Assembly: GCF_009914755.1 (NCBI RefSeq)
Contig: NC_060935.1
Direction: 5' to 3' (one strand)
Length of the DNA stretch: 64,000 bases
Source: the human T2T-CHM13v2.0 reference genome, Homo sapiens
Below are positions 30,400 through 43,934 of this stretch, in pieces. Under the pieces are notes generated by a model. That model saw only the letters and a program-made list of their open reading frames with translations, ran no database searches and was not told where the DNA came from. Numbering within the stretch: position 1 is the first letter of the stretch; each line of letters begins with the position of its first letter. Position numbers and translations under genes: made by a program.

Positions 30400-30782
30400 C
30401 TTTTCCAGATCCCCTGGTTAAGTTGCTGTGCCCTAACACACCAGGCACGCTCTGCCCCGGGATGTTAGCCTTTTTGGTTCCCTGTATCTGGAATGCTCTT
30501 CGCGCATGGCTTGTTCTCACCTCCTTCAGATCTTGGCTCAAACGTCACCTTCTCAGCGAGGCCTTTCTTCACAGTGTTTAACATTTGCAACACCCCCTCC
30601 CCACGTTTCATTCTTTTACACTGATTTTTCTTTACGGCATTTACCAGTCTAATATTCTATTACTTATTTGTTTATTGCGGGTGAACCCCCACTAGAATGT
30701 CAGCTCCAGGAGGGCAGGGATTTTGTTTATGGCTGTTGTCATTGGCACATCGCAGGCAGTCAGTAAGGATTGTTGAGTGAAT
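30400..30782 (+). mobile_element. L2 3' end
   Basis: aacgtcaccttctcagcgaggcc...ctagaatgtcagctccaggagggcaggga...tgttgagtgaat. Confidence 0.65.
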
Positions 30783-31399
30783 AGCGTCTGAGCTTTACCG
30801 GGTCAAGGATGTGTGTGTTTCCCCGCTGCTTGTATCCTCAGTGCCTAACACAGATGCTGGCAAACAGCGGGCCCGTAATAGATACTCAGTGACTGGGGAT
30901 GGATGAGGCGCCTATGAGCCAGGTCACTTGCTAAGGCCATCAAGGCTAGCAAGGGCGAAGAGCAGGGGACCAACTCAGGTGACGCCTGGGCCTTTTGTCC
31001 CTCTGAGCAGGAGCTGCCTGACTCTCCTGTTTGGGGGAGTAGACTTTTTTGGAAAAACTTCCCCCAGTCTTCCCAGTGCGCAGTGTAATGCTTTGCACGT
31101 AGTGTGGCTGCAACAAATATTTATAATGTGTTTTAATCCAGCGTGTTATTGCAACTAGCCCACAGCCGCTTGAGCTCCTCAGGGGTAAACTGGCATGCAG
31201 CTGTCCGTTGAACCCTCGGAGAAGTAGTGAACAAACAGCACAAAGCGCGCCCGCCCTTCTACAAAGAGCTTTTCCAAAATCCAGGCGGAAGAGCTTTCCT
31301 GCCGCTTGGGCACGTTGACCATGACCCCCCTCCCCGGCCAGACGACCTCTCTCCCGCCAACCTTCCCTTCTCTAGATGGGGGACAGGAGGGGAGGGAAG

Positions 31400-32430
31400 C
31401 CCTCCCCTTAAGGACCTCCGCTGCGCGGGAGCCGCCGGGAGGGGTCCCCCTCCTGGGTCTCGAGCCCGGCCGGGCGCGCGGGAGCGGGGAGCGCGCGGTG
31501 GCTCCGCGCGGGGCTGCGCGCGCGCGCCGGCCTCGCCTCCTCGCCTCCTCGCCCGTTCCGGAGGCTACGTGCTTTCTTTGTCAATGAGGCGCCGCTCTGA
31601 GCTGCGGTAGCACTCGCGGCCCGGGAACCCGAGCCGGAGCCGGGGCTGGAACCCGAAGCCCAGCGAGGAGCGAGGAGCGAGGAGCCAGGACAGCGGGGCG
31701 CCGAGGCTGCAGCGGCGGCGGGAGGGAGGGACCCGAGCGCGCCCCGCGGCCGCCACCCCCGTTCCCGGCAGCCTCGCCCCCTAGTTCTGCAGGAGCCGGC
31801 CCGGGGGAGGGGGCCCCGGGCGGCGCCCGTCCCACCCTCGCCGCCCCAATCGCGCCGGCGCGCGGCGACAGGCACCGTGGGAACCCCGGCCCGCGCCCGC
31901 CGCGGCTCCATGCGGGCCCGGCCCCTGCGCGGGTGAAGCCGCGGCTCCCTGGAGCCCGCCCCGGGCGCGGCAGGACGAGCGAGCCAGTCGCGCCGCTCGG
32001 CGCCCCCTCCCTCCGGCGCCCGGGCCGTGGCCGGCGATGCCCGGTGAGGACCGGGGCGCCGAGGGCTGGGCTCCCCGGCGCGGTGCAGAGCGAGGCAGCG
32101 GCCTGGATGTGTGAAGCGTCCCCATGGCTCCGCAGGAGGCCAAGCCTCAGGGCTCAAGGGAAGCTGGGCCCGCGACGCGGGGGCGCGGGGGCCGGCCCGT
32201 GGCGCGTGGGCTTGGTCGGGCTGCCTGGGGAGCCGCGCGCTGCACGGGTGTGAGGGGCCCCGGGGCCGGCGCGTCCCACGATGCGCCCCCGCGGCCACCG
32301 ACGCTGCTGCTGGGACTTCTGCTGCTGGCGGCCCTCCTGGAGCACGGCCAGGCCGACCCGGGTAAGCGCTCGGCGGCGGGGCGTCCGCGGAGGTTTCTGG
32401 AGGAGCGGGGCGGCGGGACGGGACCCACAC
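31400..32430. promoter_or_regulatory. KIAA1549L: CpG island promoter and 5'UTR of KIAA1549L
   Basis: Very GC- and CpG-dense ~1 kb segment with (CG)n runs and GC boxes in a CpG-poor background. Confidence 0.92.
32124..32361 (+). CDS. KIAA1549L: KIAA1549L (C11orf41) first coding exon: MAPQEAKPQGS...PPTLLLGLLLLAALLEHGQADP(G), signal-peptide-like
   Basis: cccATGG start; 238 nt to a strong donor G|gtaagc; Leu-rich h-region followed by a GQA-D cleavage-like site; position downstream of HIPK3 fits recalled 11p13 gene order. Confidence 0.8.
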
Positions 32431-35400
32431 CTGCCCAGGTGGCGGTGGAGAGGTATTGGCAACACCGGCCCTTTACTGCTGCAACAGTAGGCGAACTGTC
32501 AGAAATCTGTCTTTCGGGAAGGCACTTTGGGCGGGGAAGGAAAAAAAAGGAGCAATCGCCTCTTCTTTTTGGACAAGTTGTAGAACCTTCCTAGTGGTCC
32601 CGCAGGCACGCTTTATTTAGAGAAAGATGTGTGTTTAGGACACCTTAAACGGGAAATGTATCATTAGAACACGTTTCAGGGTGGCAAAGTCCCTGGTATT
32701 TTGGGCTCTCTGTTGAGTGTCCACTTTGTCTTAACTGCATGAAATGGCTAGAGAGTTTTAGGCAATCCGCGTGTCGGCTTCCCAAATATCAACACAGTTT
32801 CTCCTGTGTTGATAGCGGAACCCTTTTCTTTTGGGAAGGAGGTCTCTCCAATAATTGCTTGCACCTTGCAAAGGGATGCAGGCGCTCATTAAGTATATAA
32901 TCCACTGTTTGCAGGTTAGTTAAAAATAGTCATGCTTGGCTTGTAGACTTCCAGCAATCCCCAGGAAATAGATTTCTGTAATTCCTTGGACAATTTTGAG
33001 AAATCTGTTGTAAGTATTCTAGGTGGGGGTGGATTTTTCTGCTAAGTGTGCTTCAAAACTTAAGCTGTGCAGTAAGCAGTTGTCCTGGAAATAATAATGA
33101 TTACTGCCTGCACTTGGAAAGGGCAGGCTTTTGTGTTTCTGACGAAATTCTGAGCTCTTGATACACTGCCTTATCAAGGAATATATTTCTCACTTCAGAT
33201 AATGTGTTCCTGTAGTTTTGCATTTTTTAGCAAGGACTAATGACTTCTTCTTTCTCAGAGTACCCCCTCCCCCAAATTAGATTAAAATTCCTAATTGTAA
33301 AGGGGCTGACATTGTTTTAGATAAGAGAGTTTTAGGTTAAAAATATTTCTCGTCTTCAGCAGCTTAATTCAGAGCCCATTTTCCTTCGATTCACTTAAAG
33401 AGTCACTGACAGGTGGTGCTTGTGCTTGCGAGTTACTGTCAGATAATGTTCTATTGCGATTATAGTGGTTACAAAGTTCAGGAATCTTTGGATGTGTGCC
33501 TCAGACTTGAGAAAAACCTCTGACGAATTTTAGCCCCCGATTTTTATGCCTGTAGCAGTTTTTAGTGATGTGTATTTGGCATAATTGTTAAAAGATAAGG
33601 CCTGAGAAAGACCCACGTAAATACCTTGGTATTCATTGGCTCAGAAACATACATCCTGTTTTTGATTAAAGGATATCAAGTCCTTGGTCGTTTTTGTGAA
33701 CTGCTTATGAGATGTTTGCTTTGGGATGATGTTCATTTGTTCAGCCATCTGTAATATGTGAAACTGGCTTTCATGTGTTGTTCTTGTTCAGCCTGATGTT
33801 GGGTGATTTCCTCGGATCAGTTTTGAATTTCTGATTTCCCTTCTGACCTTTGTACCTTGAGCCTTCTGAACCTCCCTGACTTTCCTTGGCTCCTCTTTCA
33901 GACCGCCAGAGCCTGACTTAGAGGACTTCTCATCCACATTGTTTGGGTTTAGCCCTGGTGTCCTCTTTCTTTTTCCTTTCAGTGTGGTGGTCATGGGGAT
34001 ACGGGGCTGGGAAAGATGCTTTGATTACAATGATGGTAAAAATAATTAAAAGTTGATGTTCCTCCCCAGAGTCCTCTCCGTCTTTCTCCATCTCATCCGA
34101 GCGACTCGTTGCTTCCTCTATGCTTTTTGGATGCACTTTCTGCTGTCCCCCTTTATGACCAGCTTCCCGTGGTCCAGCCCACCTGCGGATTCACAGTCCA
34201 CCTCTGAGCTCCATGGTTTTCTGTGGGTTTGCCACTGATTCAATTCCATGACTCAGTGGAAGGGTTAAACACTGGGTTCCCTGTGTGTAACTCTTACCTC
34301 CTATCTGCTCTCATTTGTTCTCTGATTTCCACTGGAGGCAGTTTCACCCCAGGGTAGGTGAGTCCTGGGCCTAATGCAGGGCATCCTAAGGGGTTTGTGG
34401 GAAGAAGTGGTGTCAAGAGGGAGGCAGGAGAATGAATGACAATTTCTGGGGCCTTTGACTTTCTGCAAACAACCTAGTTTGGAACTTTTTCTGAGGAGTC
34501 GCTGCGGTTTGGTGTTGCCACTCATTGTAGAATGCGTCCGACCCTGAGATGTCTGAGATCTTACTCAAAGTGCTGGCTTGCTACAGTCCCATCATTTACA
34601 TGGCTGCTCTCCCTTGTTGTTTAAGGAAGGCTAAGCCAGACATTTGTCTTGGTTGAAAAATGGGCAAACATAGATTTGTTTCTGGAAAATTCTGTAGCAA
34701 TTGTTCAGCACCTTCCTGTCCTGGAGACTCTGCAGTGTGTTCCCAGTCTACTTCCACCCACCCCACCCCAGCCTCTTTTGCTTGAATATTCTAAAGGAAT
34801 CAGAGTTCCTTCTCTTTTCCACATAAAGAAAAGGCTGTTGTCATCTTCACTGCCCTCCATTAGACTCCTAACTTCCATCTCCGTCTTCCGTCTTGCTTCC
34901 AGTCAGTAAGCTCTGTTTTGGATGCGGGAGGTTGGTGTGGGAAGGAAGTTTCTTTGTAGTACTGAGTACTGACACCCTGTATTCTCTTTGGCCATCCAGG
35001 CTCCAGGCAAAATGGTAGAGCTCAAATTTGACTTCACTCTCTTTTTAACTACTGAGCTTCCATTCAGTTCATGTCAGTAAACATTTACTGTGTGCCTGTT
35101 ATGTACAGGGATAGTGCTCATCTGTTCACGGGCAGCTACTCAATGTGACTGTCTGGGTCTCAGTTCTCTCATCTGGAAAATGGGGACAACAATAGTTCCA
35201 ATCTCATTGGGTTCTTGTGAGGATTACACGAGTTAAAGCATCTAAAGTGTTTCAAACAGTGCTTGGTATACAGTAGGCGCTCAGTGAATGCTACCTGCTG
35301 TTTTAAAATGGCAGAAACGATGGAATGTTTACTCTGTCTAGGTGCTGTGCAGGGGCAGGGGATACAGAGGTGAATAAGGACGAGGCAGTTTGTAGAAGCT

Positions 35401-35918
35401 CCTCAAGAAGAGGGCGATCAAGGCCCTTGCCCTCTGTGCTGTGTGATCAGAGCTAATGAGGGAATAGTTAATTCTGGGGGCATGGGGGCCTTGAAGGATG
35501 AGGTGGGGTTGGCAGTGTTGATGGTGGCATTTCTGGCAGAGGAAAAGTAAAGGGTTCTTTGTGGTCAGAGCACAGGGCGCTGTGGGGAGGAGTCCTCAGC
35601 ACCCTGTCTGCATGCTGGGGCTTCCCCAGGCCCTCCTCTGCCGGCTGAAGGGCTCTGAGCGGCTGTGTGCTTCTCCCTCCAACTTATTAGTTCCTGATTT
35701 ACCTTCATTTGCCTATTGCCTGTTACAATACCCAGCACAGAACAGGAATTTCTTAAATTTTCAGTCTCTACACTCCTGTTCCTCCTGCTTGGCTGTTTCT
35801 GTTAGATTTTAGAATACTGTCTCATTTAAATAATTCACAGTAAGTTGTGAATGACTGCTTTATTAAGGGAATATATTTGCATGTTGATAGAAGGTTTTGC
35901 TGATACCAAAGAATTTCT

Positions 35919-36248
35919 TCTGATTACGTGATCAATTTTAGCATCAGTGACGTATGGTGATAAGAAGAATGTATATTCTGTTGTTTTGGGGTGGAGAGTT
36001 CTGTGGATATCTATCAGGTCCGCTTGATCCAGAGCTGAGTTCAGGTCCTGAATACTTCTGTTAATTTTCTGTCTTGATGATCTAATATCGTCAGTGGGGT
36101 GTTAAAGTCCCCCACTATTATTGTGTGTGAGTCTAAGTCTCTTTGCAGGTCTCAAAGAACTTTGTAGGTCTCTAAGAATTTTATGAATCTGGGTACCACT
36201 GCATTGGGCGCATATGTATTTAGAATACTTAGCTCTTCTTGATGAATC
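35919..36248 (-). mobile_element. Internal L1 ORF2 (endonuclease-region) fragment with 17-bp TSD
   Basis: aagaatgtatattctgttgttttggggtggagagttctg... is antisense L1 ORF2; GATACCAAAGAATTTCT at 35902-35918 and 36249-36265. Confidence 0.85.
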
Positions 36249-36374
36249 GATACCAAAGAATTTCTAATTTAGAACAGTGTGTGGGGAGATAGTTTTGACC
36301 TGGGACGTCCTCCTTGCCGCTCCCCAACCTCTTTGTACACATCATCAACTTGCAGTCGAGTCTAGAACAGGTTC

Positions 36375-37950
36375 AAGCTCATTTGTTCATTCATTCATTC
36401 CTTTATTCAGTATGTTTTGAATGCCTCAATATTCTGAGGTAACAGTAATGAACAAAAACAAGGCCTGTTCTCACAGGGATTAGAGAGAATGGGGCTTGTT
36501 TTTGTTCGTTACCGTTACCTCAGAATATTGAGCCCAGTGCCGTCCAAACTTGACTGTGCTTACCAGTCACGTGAAGATCTCGTTGAAATGTGGATTCTGA
36601 TTCAGCAGGTCTGAAATAAGGCTTGAGAGTCTGCATTGTTAACAAGCACTTGAGTAATACTGACGATGCAAGTTTGTGGACCCCATTTTGAGAAATAAGT
36701 GGCAATAAGCAAATACCTGTAGGTCGGGTGATGGTAAGCTCTATGGAGCAAAATAAATCAGGGTAGGGGATAGTGCCTTCACACATGAACTTGTCTAGAT
36801 GGAGTGGTGAGAGGAGGCCTTTCTGAGGAGATGGCCTTGAGTAGACCTGACAGTGAAAATCTGGGGGAAGAATATTCCAGGCTGTGGGAAAAGCAAGTGC
36901 AAAGGCCTTGAGCAGAGATTGTGCTTGCGTTGTTTGAGGAAGAGCAGGAATGCCAATGTAGAATTGAATGAGCAAAGGGAGAGTAGTGAGAAATGATGTT
37001 GAAGAGAGAGATGGGGCTGGATCCTATAGGACTTACTGGCCATGGTGATGACTGGGTACTTTAGTTGGAGTGAGATGGTCAGCCATTGGAGCATCCAAAC
37101 AAGAGGTGACATAATCTGACTTAAGTTTTAAAAGAATCACCTTGGTTGTTGTGGAGAGAAAAGTCTGTAAGGTCAAGTATGGAAGCCAGGAGATCAGGAA
37201 GGAAGCTGTTATTGAAATCAATCTGCAGATGAAGATGGCTTAGAGAGGGTGGTAGCAGAAGTGGTTAGATTTTGGATGTCTCTTGAAGATAGAGCTAGTA
37301 GAATTATCTGGTGGATTAAAAGGGTAGGAGAGAAAGAGAGGAATTGATACGGCTCCAAGGTCTTTGGCTCAAGCAACTGGGAAGATGAAGTTGCCATTAA
37401 TTGAGACAGCAGTTCAGGTTTGGGGTAAGAAAATAAGAGTTCATTTGGGGGTATGTAAAGCTTGAAATGTTTATTCAAGTGGAGATGTCAGGTTGCCAGT
37501 TGAACAAAGTAGTCTGGAATTCTAGGGCGATAACAGGTCCTAAGGCATACATTTTGGAGCTATCAGCATGGAAGTGAATAAGAAACCTAGAAAGTGAGTA
37601 TGGAGAAGAGAGAGGGAGATCTGAGCAAGGAGCCTGGGATTACTGCAGCATTCAGGGGTTCAGGGTGAAGGGGACCAGCAAGAGATAGAGAAGAAAACAA
37701 TGAGGCAGTAGGAAGAGAAGAAAGTGTATATGGTGTCCTGGGTGCTAAGAGAAGAAAGCAATCAAGGAGGAGGGCGTGATTGGCTTGGACAGATGCTGCT
37801 GAGAGTGGAGTTAGATAGGCACTAGCAATGCACGTTGAGTTTGGAGGTGTGAAGGTGGTTAGTGGCTCTGAGAGTGATGGGGATAAAACTCTAACTGCAG
37901 ATGGTTCAAGAGAGAAAGGAAAAAGAGGCATTGGAGGCAACACATAAGAC
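36375..37950 (-). mobile_element. Long L2 fragment (interrupted by a MER5-like element ~36535-36690)
   Basis: ttcattcattcattc 3' terminus and continuous L2-like text. Confidence 0.7.
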
Positions 37951-40802
37951 AATTCTTATGAAGTTTTTTCTCTAGAGAAAAGCAGAGTCATGGGGGAGGT
38001 GGGCCAAGGGAGGGTTAAGATGAGGTCTAATTATATGTGTTCACACTTTCTCATTTTTAAACATGAAAGACATATGACCAGAGTGTTTGATTTGGTGTTT
38101 TTCCCCCAAATGTAGATGGCCCAATAAAATATATTTTGACTTTTTACTCTGAGTATGATTAGTACTTCAAAGATTCTTACAAGATGTCCCAAATCTTGCC
38201 TCCCATCTCATCCTTCCCATCCCCACAAAGTAAAGAAAATGATCTTGGGGCCAGAGCACAGGGCACTGTAGGGAGGAGTCCCTGGCACCCTCTCCCTGCC
38301 CTGGGACTTCCCCTGGCCCTCCTCGGGGGACTGAAGGGCTCTGAGGGGCTGGGATACTGCAGCATTTGGGGGTTCAGGGAGAAGGGGGACAAGCAAGAGA
38401 CAGAGAAAATAAAATAAGGAGGTAGGAAAAGAAGAAAGTGTATTAAATATTAAAAGTACAGTGTTACTTGTACTTGGAAAAGTACAGTGTTACTGTACTT
38501 TTAACACTGGCATAAAATAAGTTAGATATCCCTTTGCTGACCCACATCCTTCCCTCAAACTGACCACCACCATGGAAACTTCAGGATCCTGAAATTCTGA
38601 TGACGACCAGAGAATCTCTCAGAAGCTTACTTAGCTCAAGTCTCAAATTACTGGAATATGATCTGAGAATATTCAAAATGAATGTGCACACTTCCCTTTT
38701 TATTTTCATTAACCTTCAAGCCCATATTGTGGTTTTCTTTCTTTCTTTTTTTTTTTTTAAAGACAAACAAAAACTCCACTCTTCCCCAGACAAAAATGAA
38801 TAGTTGGAATGACCTTAAAACATTTTCGTTGCTTGACAACATATTAGAGGGGATTTCTAAACACACAGAGGGACACATTATTCTGGGTCACGGGATGGCA
38901 GCCATGGATGGTGACTCTCTTTGGGGACTTCAGGACCAAAGGAGCAGTTAGCAATCTGGGTGTTGTAAATGTCAGTTTTAGGAGCTGGCAGGAAGGTGGC
39001 AACTGAGTCATATTAATTCAGCAGTGTTTATCAAGCACCCAGCATGTGTCAGGCCCTCCACTAGATGCTGGGGGTATAGTGAGAACAGGCTAGGCCTGGA
39101 CCCTGCTCTCAGGCAGCCCGTGGTCCAGGACAAGAAACTCTCACTCGGGCAGGTGTGGTGGCAGGTGGGTAAAGTACTTCCATGAATTGGGTCAGGTTGG
39201 GGGATGTGGCAGGACAGCAAGTGCCTGCGTTGCTCAAAGAGGCAGCTACTGCTTAGTGGCAGCCTGCATGGGACCGAGGCTCAGGGTGCCATAGTTCTGA
39301 CTTCTCAAGAAAAGGCAGATCTTTATTTAGAATCTTTTTGTTTTCAAATATCACCAATTAGTTCAGATTTCTAAAATGTCATGCAGTACAAAGAGAACAC
39401 ACTCATCAGCCACCATCTTTTTCTTCTTTTTTTAAAGTCAAGTTTATTAAGGTGTAATTTACATACAGTGAAATTCATCCTTTGTAGGTGTGCTGCATGA
39501 TGAGTTTTGACAAAAGTGTGCAATCATGCGTCCACCACCACAATCCAGATACAGAACATTTCTGTCACCTCAAAAAGTTCCCTCCTGCCCCTTGCAGTTA
39601 ATCCACTCCCCCAACACACCCAGTCCCTGGAAACTACCCATGTATTTTCCATCCCTGTAGTTTTGCCTTTCCCAGAAGGTCGTAGAAATGGAATTGTACT
39701 GTATATAACATTTTGCATTTGGCTTCTTTCACTTAGCATAATGCTCTTGAAAATCATCTGTGTCATTGCATCGATCACTAATTCTGTTCTTTTTATTGCA
39801 GAATAGTATTCCATTGCACCACAGTTTGCTTATGCATTCAGCAGTTGATGGACATGTGGGTTGTTTCCAGTTTATGACATGGAAGTCTTTCTGTGGGCAG
39901 TTTTCATTCCTTTTGGGTAAATGCCTAGGGGTGGGATTGCTTGGTCATGTGTTAGGGACGTATTTCATCTTATAAGAAACTGCCAAACTGTTTTTCAAAG
40001 TAGCTGTACAGTTTTGCATTCTCATTAGCAATGTATGAGAGTTCTAGTTGTTCCTCTGTATCCTCACTGGCATTTGGTATTGTCAGCTTTGTTTTTCCTT
40101 TTAATTTAGATGTCAGCCATTCTAATAGTTGTTTAGTGGTATCTCATTCATTTTAGTTTACATTTCTCTAATCACTAATAATTTTATTGTTGCATATCTT
40201 TTCATGTTCTTACTTGCCATCTATATCTCTACTTTGAAGTCTGTTAAGTTATTTTGCCCATTTAAAAATTGGATTGTTTTCTTTTTACTGAGTTTTGAGC
40301 TTTTCTTTATATAGTCTGGATACAAGTCTTTTTATCAGATAGGTGTTTTGCAACTGTGTTCTCCCGGTCTGTGGCTTGTCTTTTCATTTTATTAACAGCG
40401 TTTTTTTTGTTTTTTGTTTTTTTTTTTTAAAAGGAGAGAAGTTTTAAATTTAGATTAACTCTATCAACTTTTCAATTTAAGATTTGTGCTTTTTGTGTCC
40501 TAGCATAGAAATTGCCTAATGTGTGCCAAGGTCACAAATATCTATGATTTCTTCTAGAAGTTTTGTATTTTTATTTTTACTTTTAGGTCTGTGATCCATT
40601 TCATGTTTGTGTATGGTGCAAAGTAAGAATCAAGGTTAATTTTTTTATATGGATATTTAATTGTTCTAGCACCACTTATTGAAAAGACTATCCTTGGTCC
40701 ATTGACTTATCTTGGCACCATATATGTCTGGGTTTATTTCTAGTCTGTTCTATTGTACTTCTCTCCATATGCCAGTACAACACTGTCTTGATTTCTCTAG
40801 TT

Positions 40803-41016
40803 CAGGGTTTCTTAACGTCAGCACTATTAACATTTTGGGTTCAACGGTTCTTTGTTGTGGTTGCCTGTCCTGTGCATTAGAAGTTTAGCAATATTTCTGA
40901 CTGCCTGGTAGATGTCAGTAACTCCCCTCACTCTTAGTTGTGACAACCAAAAATGTTTCCAGACATTGCTAAATGTCCCCCTAGGGAGTAAAATTGACCG
41001 TGATTGAGTTTCACTG
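40803..41016. mobile_element. MER20 (hAT-Charlie) with 8-bp TSD ctctagtt/ctttagtt
   Basis: cagggtttcttaac...gttgtgacaaccaaaaatgtttccagacattgc...cactg. Confidence 0.85.
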
Positions 41017-41773
41017 CTTTAGTTCTGTAGTAAGTCTTGAAGTCAGATAGTGTGAGTATTCTTTATTCTTTTAAAAAATCTTTTTGGCTATTCTAGGTCT
41101 TATGCTTTCTATACAGATTTTAGTATCTTCTTGTTAATTTCTATTTAAAAAGCCTGCTGGATTTTTGGTTGGAATTTCTTTGAATCTAGACCATTTAGAG
41201 ATCTCTATCTTAACAGTGTTTTTTTTTTTAATCCGTGAACATATCTCTCTCCATTTACTTAGGTATTCTTTCTTTTCTCTCATCAATGTTTTATAGTTTT
41301 CCACATACAAATTTGTACATACATTTTTCATGTTTTTCAGTGCTTTGGCATATAGTAATAGAAAAATTTCTTTGTTAGTGTATGGAAATATAATTTTAAA
41401 AACCTTATATCATATGACCCTCCTAAACTCATTTTAGTTCTAGTAGCTTTTTATAGAATCTTTGAGATTTTTCTAAATAGGAAATAATGTTATCTGTGAA
41501 TAAAGACACTTTTCATTCTTTCAAATCTGTAAGGCTTTTATTTATTTTTCTTGCCTTATTGCACTGGCTAGAACTTCTAGTACTTTGCTGAATAGAAATA
41601 GGGAGAGTGGACATCCTTGCCTTGATCCTGGCATTGGAGGGAAATATCAGTCTTTCTCTAGAGTATGATGTTGGCTATAGTTTTGATTTTGTTTCACAGA
41701 GGCCCTTTATCAGGCTGAGGAAATTCCCTTCTCTAGCAAATTTGCTGTGAATTTTTATCATGACTGGTTATCA

Positions 41774-42166
<393 letters not shown>

Positions 42167-42265
42167 CTAACAACGGCCAGGCCATTGTTAGGAATTTTTA
42201 GTTTCATGTTCATGAGGGGTATTGGTCTGTAGTTTTGTTTTGCTAAAAGGTGTCTGGTTTTGTTA

Positions 42266-43090
<825 letters not shown>

Positions 43091-43571
43091 TGAAAGCTAC
43101 CAGCAGACACTACTTTGGTTTAAGGTCTAGGGAAAACAGCCTGGGTGAGGGAAAATTGCATTGGTTGCATTCAGGAGACTGAGGTCACCCCTGGCTGTTA
43201 CCAAATCATTTCACTTTTCAGGGCTTTCGTTTTCTCATCTGTGGATAACAGCCTCAAGATCTTCCCTTCTTCCCCCATCCCCCGTCTGTGTCTTTACAAG
43301 CCATAAGCAGATGTTTTGGTGGAGTTCTACCATCTGCATTTCCTGCTTCTTCCTACATTAGCAGCCAAGCCCAGCCAACGATTTTCATTCTGAAAAGGGA
43401 AGAGTTTTCCCACAGTTTGCTGTCATAGTTCCAGTGTGAGGCCCAGATAAATATAGGCCTATCTTCAATCTTCATTGGATTTTAAAAAATTATGAAAGTA
43501 ATATATATTTTATTAAATTCAAGCAATACTCAGGTAGATGCAGTAAAATGCAAAAGGCCCTCTTTGCCTTG

Positions 43572-43934
43572 TGTATTAGTCCACTCTCACGCTACTATAA
43601 AGAACTGCCCGAGACTGAGTAATTTAGAAAGGGAAGAAGTTTAGTTGACTCACAGTTCCGCATGGCTGGGGAGGCCTCAGGAAAGTTACAATCATGGCAG
43701 AAGGGGAAACAAACACATTCTTCTTCATATGATGGCAGGAAAGAGAAGTGCCGAGTGAAGTGGGGAGAATAAAACCATCAGATCTTGTGAGAACTCACTA
43801 TCAGAAGAATAGCGTAGGGGTAACTGCCCCCATGATTCAGTTACCTCCTACTGAGTCCCTTCCACAATGCATGGGGATTATGGGAACTACAATTCAAGGT
43901 GTGATTTGGGTGGAGACACAGCCAAACCATATCA
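43572..43934 (-). mobile_element. THE1-type (ERVL-MaLR) solo LTR with 5-bp TSD CCTTG
   Basis: TG...CA termini, ends cacagccaaaccatatca; CCTTG at 43567-43571 and 43935-43939. Confidence 0.9.

Noticed and set aside
31408-32430. 340-aa minus-strand ORF and other overlapping ORFs in the CpG island
   Set aside because: Arg/Pro/Ala/Gly composition is expected from stop-poor GC-rich DNA; non-ATG start and no recognisable domain
34704-34721. RE1/REST left half-site TTCAGCACC
   Set aside because: Right half-site is not in canonical orientation or spacing
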